64,000 bases of DNA from Octopus bimaculoides (Eukaryota), in NCBI RefSeq assembly GCF_001194135.2, contig NC_068990.1, positions 70,959,031 to 71,023,030 on the forward strand. The letters are read 5' to 3'. Made by a program: the position numbers and the translations under genes. The notes beneath the pieces are model-generated. The model ran no database searches. It was not told the DNA's origin and saw only the letters and a list, made by a program, of their open reading frames with translations. Below, piece by piece: positions 62,035 to 64,000 of this stretch. Numbering within the stretch: the first letter of the stretch is position 1; every line of letters begins with the position of its first letter.

Positions 62035-63239
62035 GTTTCAAGTTTTGGTATAAGACCAGCAACTTTGGGGAAGGAGATAAGTCAATTACATCAACCCCAG
62101 TACTTAATTGGTACTAATTTTATTGACCCCAAAAGGATGAAAGACCATGGTGGAATTTGAACTTAGAATTTAAAGACAGACGAAATGTTACAAAGCATTT
62201 TGCCTGGTGTGCTACAATTCTGCCACCTCACCATCTCTTCTCCCCAGTGTTCAACTGACATTTATTTTATTAACCCTGAAAGGATGACAGGCAAAGTCAA
62301 TTTTAGCGGAGTTTGAACTCAGAACATGAAGATGGATGAAATGCCACCAAGCATTTTTGCCCAGTGTGCTAATGATTTCGCCAGCTGGCTCTGGCTGCCT
62401 TATAATGACGATGATGATGATGATGATTTCTTTAATCACTAGAGGTTTACAAACAGATTGAGGATAATACAATATGATGTAATATGATGTGGGGTTACAC
62501 AAATGCATGTAAATGGGGTTGGGGCTAAGAATAGTTGAGAACACATCAGCTATTAGGTGCCTCAACTATGAACCCAGCCCCATCTGCAGTTCAAACAAAG
62601 GAAGAAGTGCCTCAAAATGTAGTAGCCATGCCTATTGATAATCAGGGATCTTTAAAAATGTCTTATCCTCAACACATTCCTAGACATTAACAACCAGACC
62701 ATTCTAAAAAAAACATTGATGCTAGAAATATAGAAATGAACCTTATCACCATAGCCAACTAACCCTTTTATAAAATACAGAACGACAAACATTCCAATCA
62801 GTTCTGATATTTTCTGGAAAAAAAAGTATGGCAATCAGCCAACTAACGAAGCAGAAATATATCATTAAAGTAGTTTTTAGCTAACTGGCTGGTTTGTTTG
62901 TTTGTTTGTTGGTTGGTTGGTTGGTTGGTTGGCTGGCTGGTTGGCTGACAGGCTGGCTGGTATTTTGCTGCTGGGATAGCTTATGCTATCTATCCACAAT
63001 CACTCCCATTCAACCCAATTCTGGCTAAAATTAACTAATCTAATCATTTTGTCTCAATTTCTGTCTAAGCTGAGACCTGATTTGCTTAAACCAGATATTT
63101 TGGTGTTGCATCAAGGACCAGTCCCAGGTGTCCCACATGTATCCAGTTGCATGCAGAATGATTTTGTTATAGCTTGTTCTTCATATTCCATTACTACAAT
63201 GATAATAACAATGATGATGGCTCCATTGGGAGCTCTGTG

Positions 63240-63769
63240 GAAATCACAGCCTACAAAGAGCAAAGATATGGTATGAGCAAACTCCAGAAGGAGTTACCGA
63301 AAATGAAAATTGCAAAATCCTGTGGGATGCAATGACCCAGTGCAATCATCCAACCAGACATCAGAAACCAGACATTGTTATGTGAATAAAAAAGAAAGAA
63401 CATGTTTGATAATCAATATAGCATACCCTGGTGACAACAGGATCAATGTGAAAGAAGAAGAAAAAAATAAAACAACTATGACGATTTGAAGTGGGAAATG
63501 TGAAGGTTGTGATCAGTGAAGAGAGTATATGTGATACCAATAGTAATTGGTGAACTTGGAAATATCAGTACTCAACTACCCACATGGCTAAAAAAAGATT
63601 GGTGCAAGTGTGAAGGTAGAACACCTACAAAAATCAGCATTGCTTGGAACTGCAAGAATTCTCTGCAGTGTTCTTGAAGCATGACCAGTAAACGAATGTC
63701 CCCTTAGTCTGCTGGGTGTGGACAGCTAACACTGTCCACCATACCCAGCAAAATAAGCTGTGAGTTTTC

Positions 63770-63770
<1 letters not shown>
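63240..63770 (+). mobile_element. Second R4/Dong-like RLE LINE 3' part followed by (TAA)n to 63885
   Basis: CKILWDA, KPDIV, CLIINIAYPGDNRINVKEEEK, VIPIVIGELG and LQKSALLGTARILCSVLEA*. Confidence 0.85.
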
Positions 63771-63830
<60 letters not shown>

Positions 63831-63834
63831 TAAT

Positions 63835-63886
<52 letters not shown>

Positions 63887-64000
63887 TTGAAAGAAAAGAA
63901 AAGACAAGTATCAACAACTGAGAAAAATTTTGAATTCAAAGTTGAATGAGAAAATCATAATTTTGACAATAAACTTGCATGCAGCTGAAGTGGTTGAGTA

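Overview
AT-rich, repeat-dense eukaryotic genomic DNA from a gapped assembly with many N runs. The SINE, RTE-tail and Penelope repeat families look like those of an octopod cephalopod (Octopus); this is recognition from memory, not a database result. No intact protein-coding gene is visible. Almost all listed ORFs are microsatellite or N artefacts, or broken transposon frames. The window is a mosaic of decayed Penelope-like elements (three minimal hammerhead ribozyme motifs), RTE, CR1, L1/Tx1 and restriction-like-endonuclease LINEs, tRNA-derived SINEs, Tc1/mariner elements (including DD36E and DD37E types), a Helitron helicase fragment, MITE-like foldbacks and minisatellites. One CpG-retaining, promoter-like island (about 10.1-14.2 kb) sits between CpG-depleted flanks. 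A few isolated exon candidates suggest host transcripts that I could not identify. The most notable items are a fold-back carrying two hammerheads and a Pol III B-box, several long inverted repeats that could form dsRNA, (TAA)n-associated LINE ends, and an inverted duplication of a mariner end plus its flank. I found no convincing wholly new multi-gene system.
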